From contig NC_043004.1 of the NCBI RefSeq assembly GCF_006345805.1, positions 95,852,001 to 95,916,000 on the forward strand: a stretch of DNA of 64,000 nucleotides, written 5' to 3'. Source of the DNA: Octopus sinensis (lineage: Eukaryota). Below the pieces are notes generated by a model. It did no database searches. It saw nothing but the letters and a program-made list of their open reading frames with translations, and was not told where the DNA came from. Of this stretch, positions 26,141 to 39,604 are shown one piece after another. The position numbers were made by a program, and so were the translations under genes. The number at the start of each line of letters is the position of its first letter. Position 1 is the first letter of the stretch.

Positions 26141-27326
26141 TATACCCTAAATAAGGCAATGTTTTTTGAGAAGTGGGATGCATGCGACATAGCTTGTTAT
26201 ATAGTGGGCTGTAATACTAAAAAAATCAAAGGTAATTTTCGTTAGGGGTGCCATTTACAAAGTCCTGCCGACTGCAGGTTGCCTATCACTGCCTTAAATG
26301 TCCTAAACCTAACCATTTTTGTTATTTTGAATTTTGTTTTAGTTAGGAGTGAAGGCAGTGCCAGTGACTCTTCACAGGGTCTCCAAAACTGATGGGAAGG
26401 AGGTGGGTTATACTCAAACTGGAGACCAGATTTAAATGCTTACAACAGAGTTGGGGGTTCAAATAAAGACACCCAAAGTAGCAGGTGCTGATGCAGAACC
26501 AAATGACAGATTATGCCAAGTCTCTCCATGGTTATTTTAGTAGGCAATGGAAAGAGATTTAAACTCATAATGCAAAGAAACAGAACAAGTAAGGCAAGGC
26601 AGCTGGTCTTTGGATTGGCATTTCATTTTATTGACTGCAAAACAGAAATGCTAAGTTTCCTTCAGTGGCATTTATACTCGGAGTATACAGAGTCAGAACA
26701 CATAATGGTAAATCCCTTAAGTCTTGTTCTTTTTCTAGTCTTACAAAAATGAAATCCATTTAGAAAGTAGGTAACATGATGAAGAAAGAAATTATTGCTG
26801 TTGTTTTTGTTGTGATAGGAAAAGTAAGATATAAGCTCTTAGAAGTCTTTGCCATCAAATATTTCGTTTTAATGATACTACTTTCTGAAATCAATATATG
26901 ATTAAGGACATGTAATTCAGTGAAAAAGTCTCTTTGTGGGCAATTAATCTGCTATCAATACCAAAGAGATTTCCCTTAAAACAAACCTTATCATTTAAAA
27001 TTTGATGGATATATTGAGTTATTGAATTATAATGTCACAGCTAACTTGGCCTAATGAAACAATGGAATAGTCAATGATAGAATACCTTTGATCATAGAAC
27101 TTTTCAATGAGGATTAAGATTAACCTGAGGGGTAACTATCAACTATATATATATAAGGTTAGTAGAATTAAAGGTTGGAATAACTGTGTAAGTGATAAAA
27201 GTATCCATTATACTACCAGCATAATTACCTGTGTTAACCCTAGACATACATATGCAAGCATATTTTGCTCATAGTTTACAGGTAATGTCAAAGATAAACA
27301 TGAATTTATCAGGGATCAAATTTAAA

Positions 27327-27806
27327 GTAAACAGAAAATGGAGAAATATTGATCGACAACAATTGACTTACATCAAATATTTTTTAATTCAATACAAATA
27401 AACCTAGTTTGGTGTATCCCGTTGTTGTTAAAAATTTTTATTTGTACTTTTTTTATTACTGATCCATCCCCATAGAAAAAATTAACCCACCAGTTACTAT
27501 TTTAAGGTTAGTCATTTACTCAACGTCCAAAGAGACATACAAACAATATGGTATGATTTAAACATATTCAGCCTTTCCTTTTCCTCTCTAGGCTCTTCTT
27601 TTCTTTTATGTATGGATTTTTCTTCACCGTGTTCCAGATGGGTGTTATTACCAAATATGATGAATATTATTTTTGGCATTCATTGACAATACCATATAAC
27701 ATTGAAGCAGAAACAGCTGTTAGATGGATGCAGTCTATTTGTATTGAATTAAAAAATAATTGATGTAAGTCGATTGTTGATCAATATTTCTTCCTTTTTT
27801 GTTTAT
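27327..27806. repeat. Inverted repeat, ~72-bp arms with ~335-bp spacer
   Basis: 27327-27400 (gaaatattgatc..acaattgacttacatcaaatattttttaattcaatacaaata) vs reverse complement of 27736-27806. Confidence 0.8.
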
Positions 27807-27849
27807 TTCATATATAATATAGTAATATATAAAGCCACTACACACATTT

Positions 27850-28015
27850 TTTTTATCTCCTTGTTTCTCTCCTTGTTTTTTCTGTGTCCCTTTTTGTAGA
27901 AGAGCATAGGCTCGAAACGTAAAAGACTTTCTATTCCTGAGCGTTATACTAATACATCTGTTTGTTTTTCACCCACCTGTCTTCGTCTTCTGTTTTTTTC
28001 ATAAACTCTCCCTAT
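27850..28015 (+). mobile_element. Dispersed copy of the hammerhead-like element seen at 300-720
   Basis: cttt-ttgtaga-a-gagc-atag-gctc-gaaa-cgta-aaag at 27890-27925, then gactttctattcctgagcgttatactaatacatctg. Confidence 0.8.
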
Positions 28016-28045
28016 ATATATATATGTATATGTATTATATATATA

Positions 28046-28097
<52 letters not shown>

Positions 28098-28671
28098 GTG
28101 TGTGTGTGTGTGTGTGTGGTGTGTGTGTGTGTTTGGAAGCAGAAACTGTTGTTAGATGGGATGCCAATATATTCTTTTAAATTTTGTATATAATGATAGG
28201 AACTCTCTAACTTGATGATTATGTATTGCTTATTAAGTATATTTAGTATTCTGTGGCAACTTGTGAGTTTTATTAATTAATAATGATTAACATGTGATTT
28301 GGTCTTAAATATTAACCACCTAATTGTAAGTGGCTTTTTAATTGTAAATTGTAGAGTACCTATAAGATGGATTTTTCTTGCGTACCTGTATATATATCTA
28401 ATTATTACCACAATTTGCTATATATATGCAGTTAAATCCTGATTCATTTCCTAGCACCCTAAAGAGTCACTGAGTTACCTGTACTAGCTGCCTCCCATTA
28501 ACTATAGCCTGAGACTACTATAACCGTTTTGTCATGCATGCTATAATGTTAAACTGTTGAAGGACATAAGTGGCTCTGCACCACTTATATCATTGTCTTC
28601 TCCCTCGGACTTTTATTTTTTTCTTATTTATTTTTATTGACATATCCATTGTAACGGTTTTAACTTGTGAC

Positions 28672-29012
28672 ATCATCATCATCATCGTCGTTGTTTAGCG
28701 TCCGCTTTCCATGCTGGCATGGGTTGGACGGTGCAACTGGGGTCTGGGAAGCCAGGAGGCTGCACCAGGCTCCAGTCTGATCTGGCAATGTTTCTACGGC
28801 TGGATGCCCTTCCTAACACCAACCACTCCATGAGTGTAGTGGGTGCTTTTTACATGCCACCGGCACAGGTGCCAGACGAGGCTGGCAAACAGCCACGATC
28901 GGATGGTGTTTTTTATGTGCCACCAGCATGGGAGCCAGGTGAGGCTGGCAACAGCCACGATCGGATGGTGCTTTTTACGTGCCACTGGCATGGAGGCCAG
29001 GCGAGGCTGGCA
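28672..29012 (-). mobile_element. SINE C
   Basis: Tail, central block and about three internal repeat units. Confidence 0.88.
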
Positions 29013-29751
29013 AGACCTCGGTTCAAATTATAACTGACCAATTGTAGAGAACGCTGGACTTAGACTTGCCCCTTTGTGAACCATAGGTGAGATTCACAGT
29101 AATATTTCTGTGAATACACTTTCTTAAGTACCCTACGAGTAATGTTTTGGATACATTTTAATTTGAGTTTACTTCATTAGCATAGGTACTGCCCTTTGAT
29201 AATCATGTTAGTAAGTTTCCTTGTATTATTTTTTTTGATAGCTTCTTTTCATAAATTTTACATCTTGCCCCCAGCCCCTTAAATTGAACCTACCCACAAA
29301 TAAATTTTAGTACTTCCTAAACCATTACTGACTCACTCTTTTACTTACAGACTTTATAGCCCCAAGATGATCGATTATATGCTTTCCATATATTGGGCTT
29401 CTAGATTTCTTTTCTAGGCCATGTTTTCTGCCCTTTTCCTTCTTCCCTTTGTTTATATTGAATGCTCTTGTTTTTTACTCTGATGAATCTCTGCACCTTA
29501 ATTCGAATGTCCTATGAAGATGAGGAATTTTATTTTCACAATTATCTATAGAGAGTGTTTGGTAACGGATGCAGAAATGGCTGTAAGATTTGATACATCA
29601 CCTATTTGTTATGTCATGTTTTGTATTAAAATATAAGCTATAAATGTGGTCCAATCGATGTGTTTGTTAATCAGAGGTTTTCTCCATTTTCTGATTATTT
29701 GTATATATATATATATATATACTTGATATCATATATAGATATATACATATG

Positions 29752-29908
29752 GGTGCAAGCGTGGCTGTGTGATAAGAAGCTTGCTTCCTAGCTACATGTG
29801 TCCAGGTTCACTCCTTCTGTGTGTCAACTTGGGCAACTGCCTGCTGCTATAGTCTTTGACCAACCAAAGCCCTATAAGTGAATTTGATAGATAGAAACTA
29901 AAAGAAGC
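29752..29908 (+). mobile_element. SINE A 5' half, diverged
   Basis: gtggctgtgtgataagaagc...cttgggcaac. Confidence 0.7.
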
Positions 29909-30244
29909 TTACCCTGCTGCCCCTACCTCTCTCCTCCTTCCACGTAACCACCAGCTCAATTTGATTCGTTTTCAGTCAAAAGACACCTGTTGTTATTGCT
30001 TGTTGTTCGTATTTGTAATTGTGAACCATGTTCTTTGATTTCTGTTTTTGCAGACAATCAGATCGAACTGTCTCAAGTGTAACTGCCTAAAACAGTAATG
30101 ACTTCTGGCAACTTGACTGAGGAAAGAAGGCCACGAATGACCCATCTTCTTTTGCCTGTCCATCTAATTGTTGTTTCTCCTGGCTTTATTGTCCTCTATT
30201 GCGGTTTCGTTCCATTTATATATATATATATATATATATATAAG

Positions 30245-31496
30245 TTCAGCAAAATTTAGATTCAGATGAATATGGTACTTAAGTCAAAGGTGCCAGAATT
30301 TTGTATGATATTATCCATATAAATTAAATGGGGTGATTATAATCAAAATAAGCAACAAGTATATCCAAGGTAGAGTAGTACAATTGCTTCTTGCTACTTC
30401 ATTTTATTTAAACACTGTCAGCATTACATCAGTTTTAAAATGTTGAGCAATCTTCAGCCACTTATAGAATTTTCCAATCAAACGGACAATGCACATTCTT
30501 ATCCATATTTCATTTGCCAACATTATAAAGAGGGTAGATATATAGACAGAGAGGTTGATTTCATTCTTAAGAACATGATAGTAGTATATTCACTCTCTGA
30601 CTGTAGAATTTATCATTGAGTTCACTTCGTTATTTAGATCTGTCAGGGGGGGGGGGGGAGATTTTATTTTTGGTTGGATGGACACAAAGAATTTTTTCTA
30701 TTTATAGATATAGGAAGGGATAGTACAAATGTCCAAACCATAAACCCATTCACATTTTGAGGAATTCAGGTTAGATATATTTGAATGTATTATAGCAAAA
30801 AGCTAATAGGTTGAAGTTAGAGGGGTAGGGGGAACATAGACTAATAGTGCTCTAGAGGTTTCAATGCCCCTTACCATTTAACATCCAGATTCTATATTAA
30901 GAAATTTAAGTACATATCTTTAGATAATATTCTAAAGGATTTTAATAAATATTAGAATCTTATATAGGGATAGAAAATATAGAAATCATTTCATATTTAT
31001 ATAGATATATATATATCCATTTCTAATAATATATAATCATAATTAGCTTGTAAATGGTGATTTATTTTATTAATGAGTTGAATTAAAAGAAAATATTAGA
31101 CATAATATTTATTAACTGTGGAAAAAACTTTATTAATTTAGCACATATATCAGGAGTCAATAAGATATATTAAAAAACAATGGAAGGGAGGTAATCAAGA
31201 TGAACCAAGTAATTTCTCTAGATATATAGAATTTTTTGCAATTATTTCATATTTATATAAATATATATATATCCATTTCTATTAATATAGAATCATAATT
31301 AATTTGTAAATGGTGATTTGTTTTATTAACGAGTCAAATTAAAAGAATATGTTAGACATAATATTTACTAACTATGGAGAAAAACTTTATCAATTTAGTT
31401 TTTTATCAGGAGTTAATAAGATATATAAAAAAGTAATGGAAGGGAGGTAATGAAGATGAACCAAGTAATTTCCCTAGATATATAGAATTCTTTTCA
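30245..31496 (-). pseudogene. Possible decayed Penelope-like element, with a 256-bp internal tandem duplication (30988-31243 / 31244-31496)
   Basis: The duplication is clear (roughly 85% identical by eye). The PLE call rests on faint motifs (IIRNGY; STSLSIY..C*QCLNK). Confidence 0.35.
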
Positions 31497-31542
31497 TCCT
31501 ATGTAGGAGAGTATCAAAATAATTTTTTGATACTCTCCTACA

Positions 31543-31638
31543 TAAGTACTAGGCTTACAAAGAATAAGTCCACAGGTCGATTTGCTCGACTAAAGATGGT
31601 GCTCCAGCATGGCTGAAACAATTAAAAGAGTAAAAGAG
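31543..31638 (+). mobile_element. SINE A tail fragment
   Basis: taagtactaggcttacaaagaataagtcc...aaagagtaaaagag. Confidence 0.85.
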
Positions 31639-32939
31639 TACGTGTAGCTTGGTAGCTAAATAAGTTAGTCATAATGCTAATTTTGAATCCACAATTCAAG
31701 GTTATTCATTGACTAAGTATGTCCACTTCACTAGGATGGGGTAACATTATGGTGGAAATGTGTTTCTCTTTTGCATGAATCTGTATTAATTATCAAAAGC
31801 ATTGCATAAGGTGTTGCTGACTTCAGTAATCAAAGTAAAAACGAAAAACTTTATGTTGAAAGAAGTCCACAAAGATTTGGTTTAATCAATGTAGATGCAA
31901 CACTATGCTTGCTTCCTGTGAAAAGGCCAAAGGCCCTATGATTTCAGACCAGGCATCCTGTGATACCTGGCTAGATATTATAACATTATTGATCTGAATT
32001 CCTAGAGTCAAAAGTTTAATATGCAGACTTATAAAGAAAACACAAAAGACACGGATATTATTTGATAATGAAAGAAGTGAATTTGAACAATTACACACAC
32101 CTGTCAATAGTTTCTAAATGTATGCAAAAGCACACACACACACACACATTGAGTGACACGCAAATGTAGGTATGCACAAATATTTCTGTCTAATTAAGTT
32201 ACCTGAGCTGTTCATAGAAGAGTTTCACAAGCTCAGCTGTTGTGAGGTACAAAGAACCATATCTCTTTATCTGACAGTAAGGGCAAAAAAACCCTGAGGG
32301 ATAGGTGAACACAGATGAAAGATGGATTAAAGACTTTGGTATGAATAACTAAGCAAAATAATAAAAAAAAAATTGGTATTTGTTATTAACTGCAGTTATA
32401 TTCAAAATAGCATTCTGTATATCTAATTTCATGTGGATACACTGTCGAAAGCCACAGCCCTGTGCTATTTATCTCAAGACAGAATCTTTTATATCCATAT
32501 AGTAATAAAAAGCATAGAAGCATATCAGCAGCAAATGAAAAGTATTCGGCAGTGGTCGTGGAATTGCTAATCCAGATTTCTGCTTCCTTTAGCTTCATCA
32601 TTAGCAAATATCTACTAGAAATGATATACTTAGATAAATTTAGCTTCTACTAATATAGAAAAACTGATAAACAAACCAGTAGTGTTGCAAAGAGCTGGCA
32701 AGTTGGGTTCCAAAATTTGAGAAGAACATACTTTAGTAATCCCAGAAAAATCACAAATGACCTTGGTCCTGGCAAGATTTAGACTCTGAACATATTGACT
32801 TTTAACTAAATCTTGCAAAATATTTTGCTTATCTTTCTTCTGGTTCTACCATCCAACAACAATAATGATGATACTTAACATAGGAATAAAGCTTAATATT
32901 ATAGAAATGGTAAAGTACTAATGAAGTCACACAATCACA

Positions 32940-33170
32940 TAACTGACCAGGCTATCAAATGTTGTTACACATTACTGGTCACAATGCACTTTTTTGCATT
33001 GTTTTAGCCTTCAAATGATGCCAACATTCCCCACTGATTGAAAGGATAACTGGAGCAACATGAAATGGAATGTTCTACTCGAGAACGCAATGTGCCACCC
33101 AATCATGGAATTGAACCCATGATCTAGGGATCGTGAATGCAACAGCTTAACCACTAGGCCAAGTGCCTTT
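32940..33170 (-). mobile_element. SINE D-like element, diverged
   Basis: Head (ttaaccactaggcc) and the tail shared with 24296-24598. Confidence 0.65.
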
Positions 33171-33231
33171 ACAACAGTCAAGTGCTGGGGACGATTCCCC
33201 CTTCTTTCTCTCTAATTTATCTCATTATTGC

Positions 33232-33448
33232 CCACAAGGAGCTAAACACAGAGGGAACAAACAAGGACAGACAAACGGATTAAGTCGATTACATCAACCC
33301 CAGTGCGTAACTGGTACTTAATTTATCAACCCCAAAAGGATGAAAGGCAAAGTCGACCTTGGCGGAATTTGAACTCAGAACGTAACGGCAGACGAAATAC
33401 GGCTACGCATTTCGCCCGGTGCGTTAAAGTTTCTGCCAGCTCGCCGTC
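33232..33448 (-). mobile_element. SINE B
   Basis: Near-consensus monomer. Confidence 0.9.
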
Positions 33449-34012
33449 TTTCTTTCTCTCTAATTTAGTCAATCTACTTTAGCTAAATATCCATTTTGCA
33501 CTTTACTCTCTTATCACTATCAAATTCTTAAGCCATTCTACACTAGTGCTTCCCTCTTGCCTCTCTTCACTCTCTCTCTCTTCCCTGCTATCCTCTTGGC
33601 TCTGTTTCCAGTACATTTTATAAATATTCATCAACCAAACAAGACAACATTTACTGACATCCATTTTTTTCTGTCTGTCTCTGATTTTGTGTCTCTGTCT
33701 TTATTTCTATCTCTGTCCATCTGTCTGTCAGTCTCTCTCTCCCTCTCCCCTCCCCCTCTCTCTTAGAATCATCTGCTTTGCCCTTCAAGAGTATCAAGTC
33801 AAAATCGCTCACATTGTTCCATTTCTCCAAGAAGTAGAGGAAGACTGAATGCCACCAAGGTCGACTTTGCCTATCATTCTCTAGGGGTCGATAAACACAT
33901 ACCAGTTAAGCACTGGGGTTAATGTAATTGACTTACTCACTTTCCCCCAAATTGCTGGCCTTGTGCCAAAATTTGACACCAATATTTTAGTCTTGGGTTC
34001 CTGAGACCTGAT

Positions 34013-34844
34013 ATTCTTGTATTCTTTAAATCGTTTCAGTCATTTGACTGTGGCCATGCCGGAGCACCGCACTGAAAGGTTTTTAGACAAACAAATCAAT
34101 CAACTCCAGGACTTACTTTTTAAGCCTAGTACTTATTCTATCAGTCTATTTTGCCGAACCGTTAAGTTACAGGGATCTAAATACACCAGCATCAGTTGTC
34201 AAGCAGTGATGGTGGGGGGAAGGACAAACACAGACACACACACAAACAGACACATATAAGACGGGCATCTTTCAGTTTCTGTCTCCCACATCCGCTCACA
34301 AGATTTTGGTTGGCCTGAGGCTATAGTAGAAGACACTTGCCCAAGGTCTCATGCAGTGGGATTGAACAGGGAACCATGTGGTTGGTAAGCAAACTTCTTA
34401 CCACTCAGCTACTCAACCTATCATTCATAGAGTTATCAAATTATGCCCGGTATTTGACTCTTTTACTCTTTTACTCTTTTACTTGTTTCAGTCATTTGAC
34501 AGTGGCCATGCGGGAGCACCACCTTTAGTCAAGCAAATCGACCCCGGGACTTATTCTTTGTAAGCCCAGTACTTATTCTATCGGTCTCTTTTGCAGAACC
34601 GCTAAGTTACGGGGACGTAAACACACCAGCATCGGTTGTCAAGCAATGCTAAGGGGACAAACACAGACACACAAACACACACACATACACATATACGACA
34701 GGCTTCTTTCAGTTTCCGTCTACCAAATCCACTCACAAGGCATTGGTCGGCCCGGGGGCTATAGCAGAAGACACTTGCCCAAGATGCCACGCAGTGGGAC
34801 TGAACCCGGAACCATGTGGTTGGTTAGCAAGCTACTTACCACAC
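34013..34844 (-). mobile_element. Two adjacent SINE A copies (34013-34412, 34458-34844)
   Basis: Family motifs twice, same orientation. Confidence 0.88.
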
Positions 34845-35795
34845 AATTATGTTTTTTTATTGACCCAAGAGAATGAAAGACATATTGAGCTTCGGCAGGA
34901 TTTGAAACCAGAATATAAAGACATTCAATAAAATTGCTGCAAGACATTTCGTCGGATGCTTTCAACTTATTCTTCCACTCACAGCCATAACAACAAAAAC
35001 TATGATAATACTATCAACAAAAAGACAGCCAAAATAATTTTAATGACTAACATCACATTATGAGACATGTTTACACATTGCAAAAGAAGAACAGATTAAA
35101 GACGATAACATGGAGGTTTTTTTTTTGCCTCCTAGGTCTGTTACTGTGATTGTTATTGTGGCTGTACTGTTTGTTGTTATTATTGTTATGTCTCTGCTTA
35201 TATTAATCATCATCACCGTTGTTGTTATCTTTGTTGCTGTTGTTGTTATGTCGCTTCATATATTGATCAACACCAGTGTTGTGTTTTTGTTTTATTTTTC
35301 CACAGATGTTCCTTTGCTGTAAACTTAAAAAGAACTTCTTTTATCACTCTATGTTTTTTTTGTTTTTTTTTCCATTTTTTGTTATATTTTTTTTCTGGCA
35401 ACATTTTTCCCCCCATTTTTTCCCCCCACCGTCTTTAAACCATCTTTTGTCTACGAAATTAGAGAATAATATCATAAAAAGGAGAAAGTTTGCAATTGAA
35501 AAACAGATTTTTGTTTGAGTTCTTTTTATTAATTGTTTGCTTCATATTTTATTTAATCCTTTTATTTATTTGTTTATTTTTATGGTTAGTTTTTTTTTTC
35601 TCTCATTTTCTTCATCATTTCTGTTTCTTTTTTACTTTATTATTTTCCTGCTTCTTTCTTCGTGTTCTTCATCATATTAACATTATTACTGCCATTATCC
35701 TCACTATCATATTATCATCGTCACCAAATTTATTGTTTTTTTATTATTCTTGTTATTGTTACTCTCGCCAATATTATCATTGTTATTATTATTAC

Positions 35796-35828
<33 letters not shown>

Positions 35829-35879
35829 CATCTCCATCATCATCCTCATCATCTTCATCATCATTACTAACATTATTAT

Positions 35880-35911
<32 letters not shown>

Positions 35912-36104
35912 ATAATAATAATAATGATACTACTACTACTACTACTACTACTATTACCACCACTACCACCACTTATACTACTACTACTACTACAACAACT
36001 ACTATTACCACCACCACCACCACCACCACCACCACCACCACCACCACCACCACCACCACCACACCACCACCACTACCACCACCACCACCACCACCACCAC
36101 CACC

Positions 36105-36171
<67 letters not shown>

Positions 36172-36617
36172 TTGTTGATATTTTAAAAAAGTTATTATTA
36201 ATAGTATTACCATCACTCGTATTACCATTACAACTTGCGTTGTTGTAGATTCAAATTATTTTTTAAACTCGAGCTAAAAATTCGAAAAAAGAACAGCGGC
36301 ATAAAAGTAAATTTCAATATTATGCTTTAGTTTTGATCATTATATTAACGTTGATATATTTTTTGCTAGACGATGGAAATTGGTAAAGACGGAGTGAATA
36401 GAGGGGTGGCGGTACTTCACAGGGTAGAGAATTGAAATATGTTCATGAAAGCAAAGAATCTACTAGCAACCATGTTCTCAACTACTTTCACATATTCTTT
36501 TATTCTTTTATTCTTTTACTTGTTTCAGTCATTTGACTGCGGCCATGCTGGAGCACCGCCTTTAGTCGAACAAATTGACCCCAAGACTTATTCTTCGTAA
36601 GCCTAGTACTATATTCT

Positions 36618-37077
36618 GAATGCCTTACTCCCTGGGCATGGACACATTGAAACTCCGACGTCTGGCAGCTGACTTGGCAGACACCCATAAAATTATCAAC
36701 CATCTTACAAACATAACTCTGACACCTTTTCAAACTCCACCTGTCTAACACCCGTGGATATATTTACAAAGTAAGAAAACAGCACAGCTCCAATGACTTC
36801 AGGAAACATTTTTTCACGCTGAGAGTTGCTGAAGCATGGAACAACTGCCACTGCCGCATCAGTTGTTAGTTGTCGGAGCACTGCATCCTTCAAAACTTCC
36901 ATGCTTTCTGAGATTCGCCAACACTACACCTGATTTTCTCCCCTCCATACACACAAAGCATGTATCTGACTCATACATTGTTCGCTTTCCAGACATTTGT
37001 ACATTACTGCATGTACTTTATATGCACTTTCTGACAAGTTGTGGTGCACCTGAGCACTGTATACAGTAATTTCATTA

Positions 37078-37080
<3 letters not shown>
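36618..37080 (+). mobile_element. CR1-clade LINE 3' end, copy 1 (frameshifted by indels)
   Basis: Same sequence as 37915-38385. Confidence 0.85.
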
Positions 37081-37119
<39 letters not shown>

Positions 37120-37170
37120 CATCTCCATCATCATCCTCATCATCTTCATCATCATTACTAACATTATTAT

Positions 37171-37202
<32 letters not shown>

Positions 37203-37396
37203 ATAATAATAATAATGATACTACTACTACTACTACTACTACTATTACCACCACTACCACCACTTATACTACTACTACTACTACAACAACTACTATTACC
37301 ACCACCACCACCACCACCACCACCACCACCACCACCACCACCACCACCACCACCACCACCACCACTACCACCACCACCACCACCACCACCACCACC

Positions 37397-37463
<67 letters not shown>

Positions 37464-37914
37464 TTGTTGATATTTTAAAAAAGTTATTATTAATAGTATT
37501 ACCATCACTCGTATTACCATTACAACTTGCGTTGTTGTAGATTCAAATTATTTTTTAAACTCGAGCTAAAAATTCGAAAAAGAACAGCGGCATAAAAGTA
37601 AATTTCAATATTATGCTTTAGTTTTGATCATTATATTAACGTTGATATATTTTTTGCTAGACGATGGAAATTGGTAAGACGGAGTGAATAGAGGGGTGGC
37701 GGTACTTCACAGGGTAGAGAATTGAAATATGTTCATGAAAGCAAAGAATCTACTAGCAACATGTTCTCAACTACTTTCACATATTCTTTTATTCTTTTAT
37801 TCTTTTATTCTTTTACTTGTTTCAGTCATTTGACTGCGGCCATGCTGGAGCACCGCCTTTAGTCGAACAAATTGACCCCAAGACTTATTCTTCGTAAGCC
37901 TAGTACTATATTCT

Positions 37915-38385
37915 GAATGCCTTACTTCCCTGGGCATGGACACATTGAAACTCCGACGTCTGGCAGCTGACTTGGCAGACACCCATAAAATTATCAACCA
38001 TCTTACAAACAATAACTCTGAGCACCTTTTCAAACTCCACCTGTCTAACACCCGTGGATATATTTACAAAGTAAGAAAACAGCACAGCTCCAATGACTTC
38101 AGGAAACATTTTTTCACGCTGAGAGTTGCTGAAGCATGGAACAAACTGCCGCATCAGTTGTTAGTTGTCGGAGCACTGCATCCTTCAAAACTTCCATGCT
38201 TTCTGAGATTCGCCAACACTACACCTGATTTTCTCCCCTCCATACACACAAAAGCATGTATCTGACTCATACATTGTTCGCTTTCCAGACATTTGTACAT
38301 TACTGCATGTACTTTATATGCACTTTCTGACAAGTTGTGGTGCACCTGAGCACTGTATACAGTAATTTCATTATTTTATTATTAT
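37915..38385 (+). mobile_element. CR1-clade LINE 3' end (second family), inserted in a minus-strand SINE A (37787-37914 + 38386-38669)
   Basis: MDTLKLRRLAADL..HKII..LFKL..NTRG..RKHFFTLRVAEAWNKLP; (ATT)n tail; TSD tattct at 37909-37914 and 38386-38391. Confidence 0.9.
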
Positions 38386-38679
38386 TATTCTATCGGTCTC
38401 TTTTGCCAAACTGCTAATCTACAGGGATGTAAAGACATCAACATTGGTTGTCAAGCGATGGTGAGGGGAGTAACACAGATACACATATACACGCACATGC
38501 ACACGCACACACACACACATACACGCACACATATATGTATATACGACAGGCTTCTTTCAGTTACCATCTACCAAATCCACTCACAAGGCTTTGGTCAGCT
38601 CCAGGCTATAGTAGAAGACAGTTGCCCAACATATCACACAGTGGGACTGAACCCTGAAACATGTGGTTGAAACTTAAAC

Positions 38680-39094
38680 AGGCGTAGGAGTGGCTGTGTG
38701 GTAAATAGCATGCTTGCCAACCACATGGTTCCGGGTTCAGTCCCACTGCATGGCACCTTGGGCAAGTGTCTTTTACTATAGCCTTGACCCGACCAAAGCC
38801 TTGTGAGTGGATTTGGTAGATGGAAACTGAAAGAATCCCGTTGTATATATGTATATATATATATATGCATGTGTGTATATGTTTGTGTGTCTGTGTTTGT
38901 CCCCCCACCACCATTGCTTGACAACTGATACTCATGTGTTTATGTCCTCATAACTTAGCGGTTCGGCGAAAGAGACCGATAGAATAAGTATAAGGCTTAC
39001 AAACAATAAGTCCTGGGATTGATTTGCTCGATTAAAAGGTGGTGCTCCAGCATGGCCACACTCAAATGACTGAAACAAGTAAAAGAGTAAAAGA
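38680..39094 (+). mobile_element. SINE A, head-to-head with the preceding minus copy
   Basis: Family motifs; about 10-bp spacer. Confidence 0.9.
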
Positions 39095-39604
39095 AGTGGC
39101 GGCGGTGGTGGCGGTGATGATGATGATGATGGGATCAAGGTAGTGAGGTGGTAAAATCGTTAGCCTACCTAACAGACTGACGAAATGCAGCTAAGCATTT
39201 AAATCCTTAAATCCTTAAAAATGTTGATGCCCAAAGGCCGCGGCCATGCTGGGGCACCACCGCTTGTTCGTTTTTATGTTCTAACCCATACTAGCATGGA
39301 AAGCGGACGTTAAACAATGATGTAACTACATACATGCATACATACATACATATTTGCATACATACATATATCCATGCATGCATGCATACATACATGGGTT
39401 TCTGCATAGTTTCGATCAAGGAAATTCCCATTACAAGATATTGATCTACTCTAGATTGTGTTAGAAGACTCTTGTCCAAAACACTGCACAGAAGTATCAA
39501 ACCCAGAATACATGGTTACAAATTGAAGTTTTTAACCATGCAACCAAGTTAAAATATCTCATGACACAACAGCAGCCAAGGCTGGCATTATAATTATACA
39601 TGCT

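Larger units (their letters stand above)
35800..38385 (+). repeat. ~1.29-kb tandem duplication (35800-37080 / 37081-38385) with compound triplet array, SINE A tail and CR1 fragment
   Basis: atcatctcc at 35827 and 37118; CR1 start at 36618 and 37915; differences are mostly small indels. Confidence 0.95.

Noticed and set aside
32386-32818. Short ORFs with an AFDSVS-like motif
   Set aside because: One RT-like hexapeptide across frameshifts is not enough to call an element.
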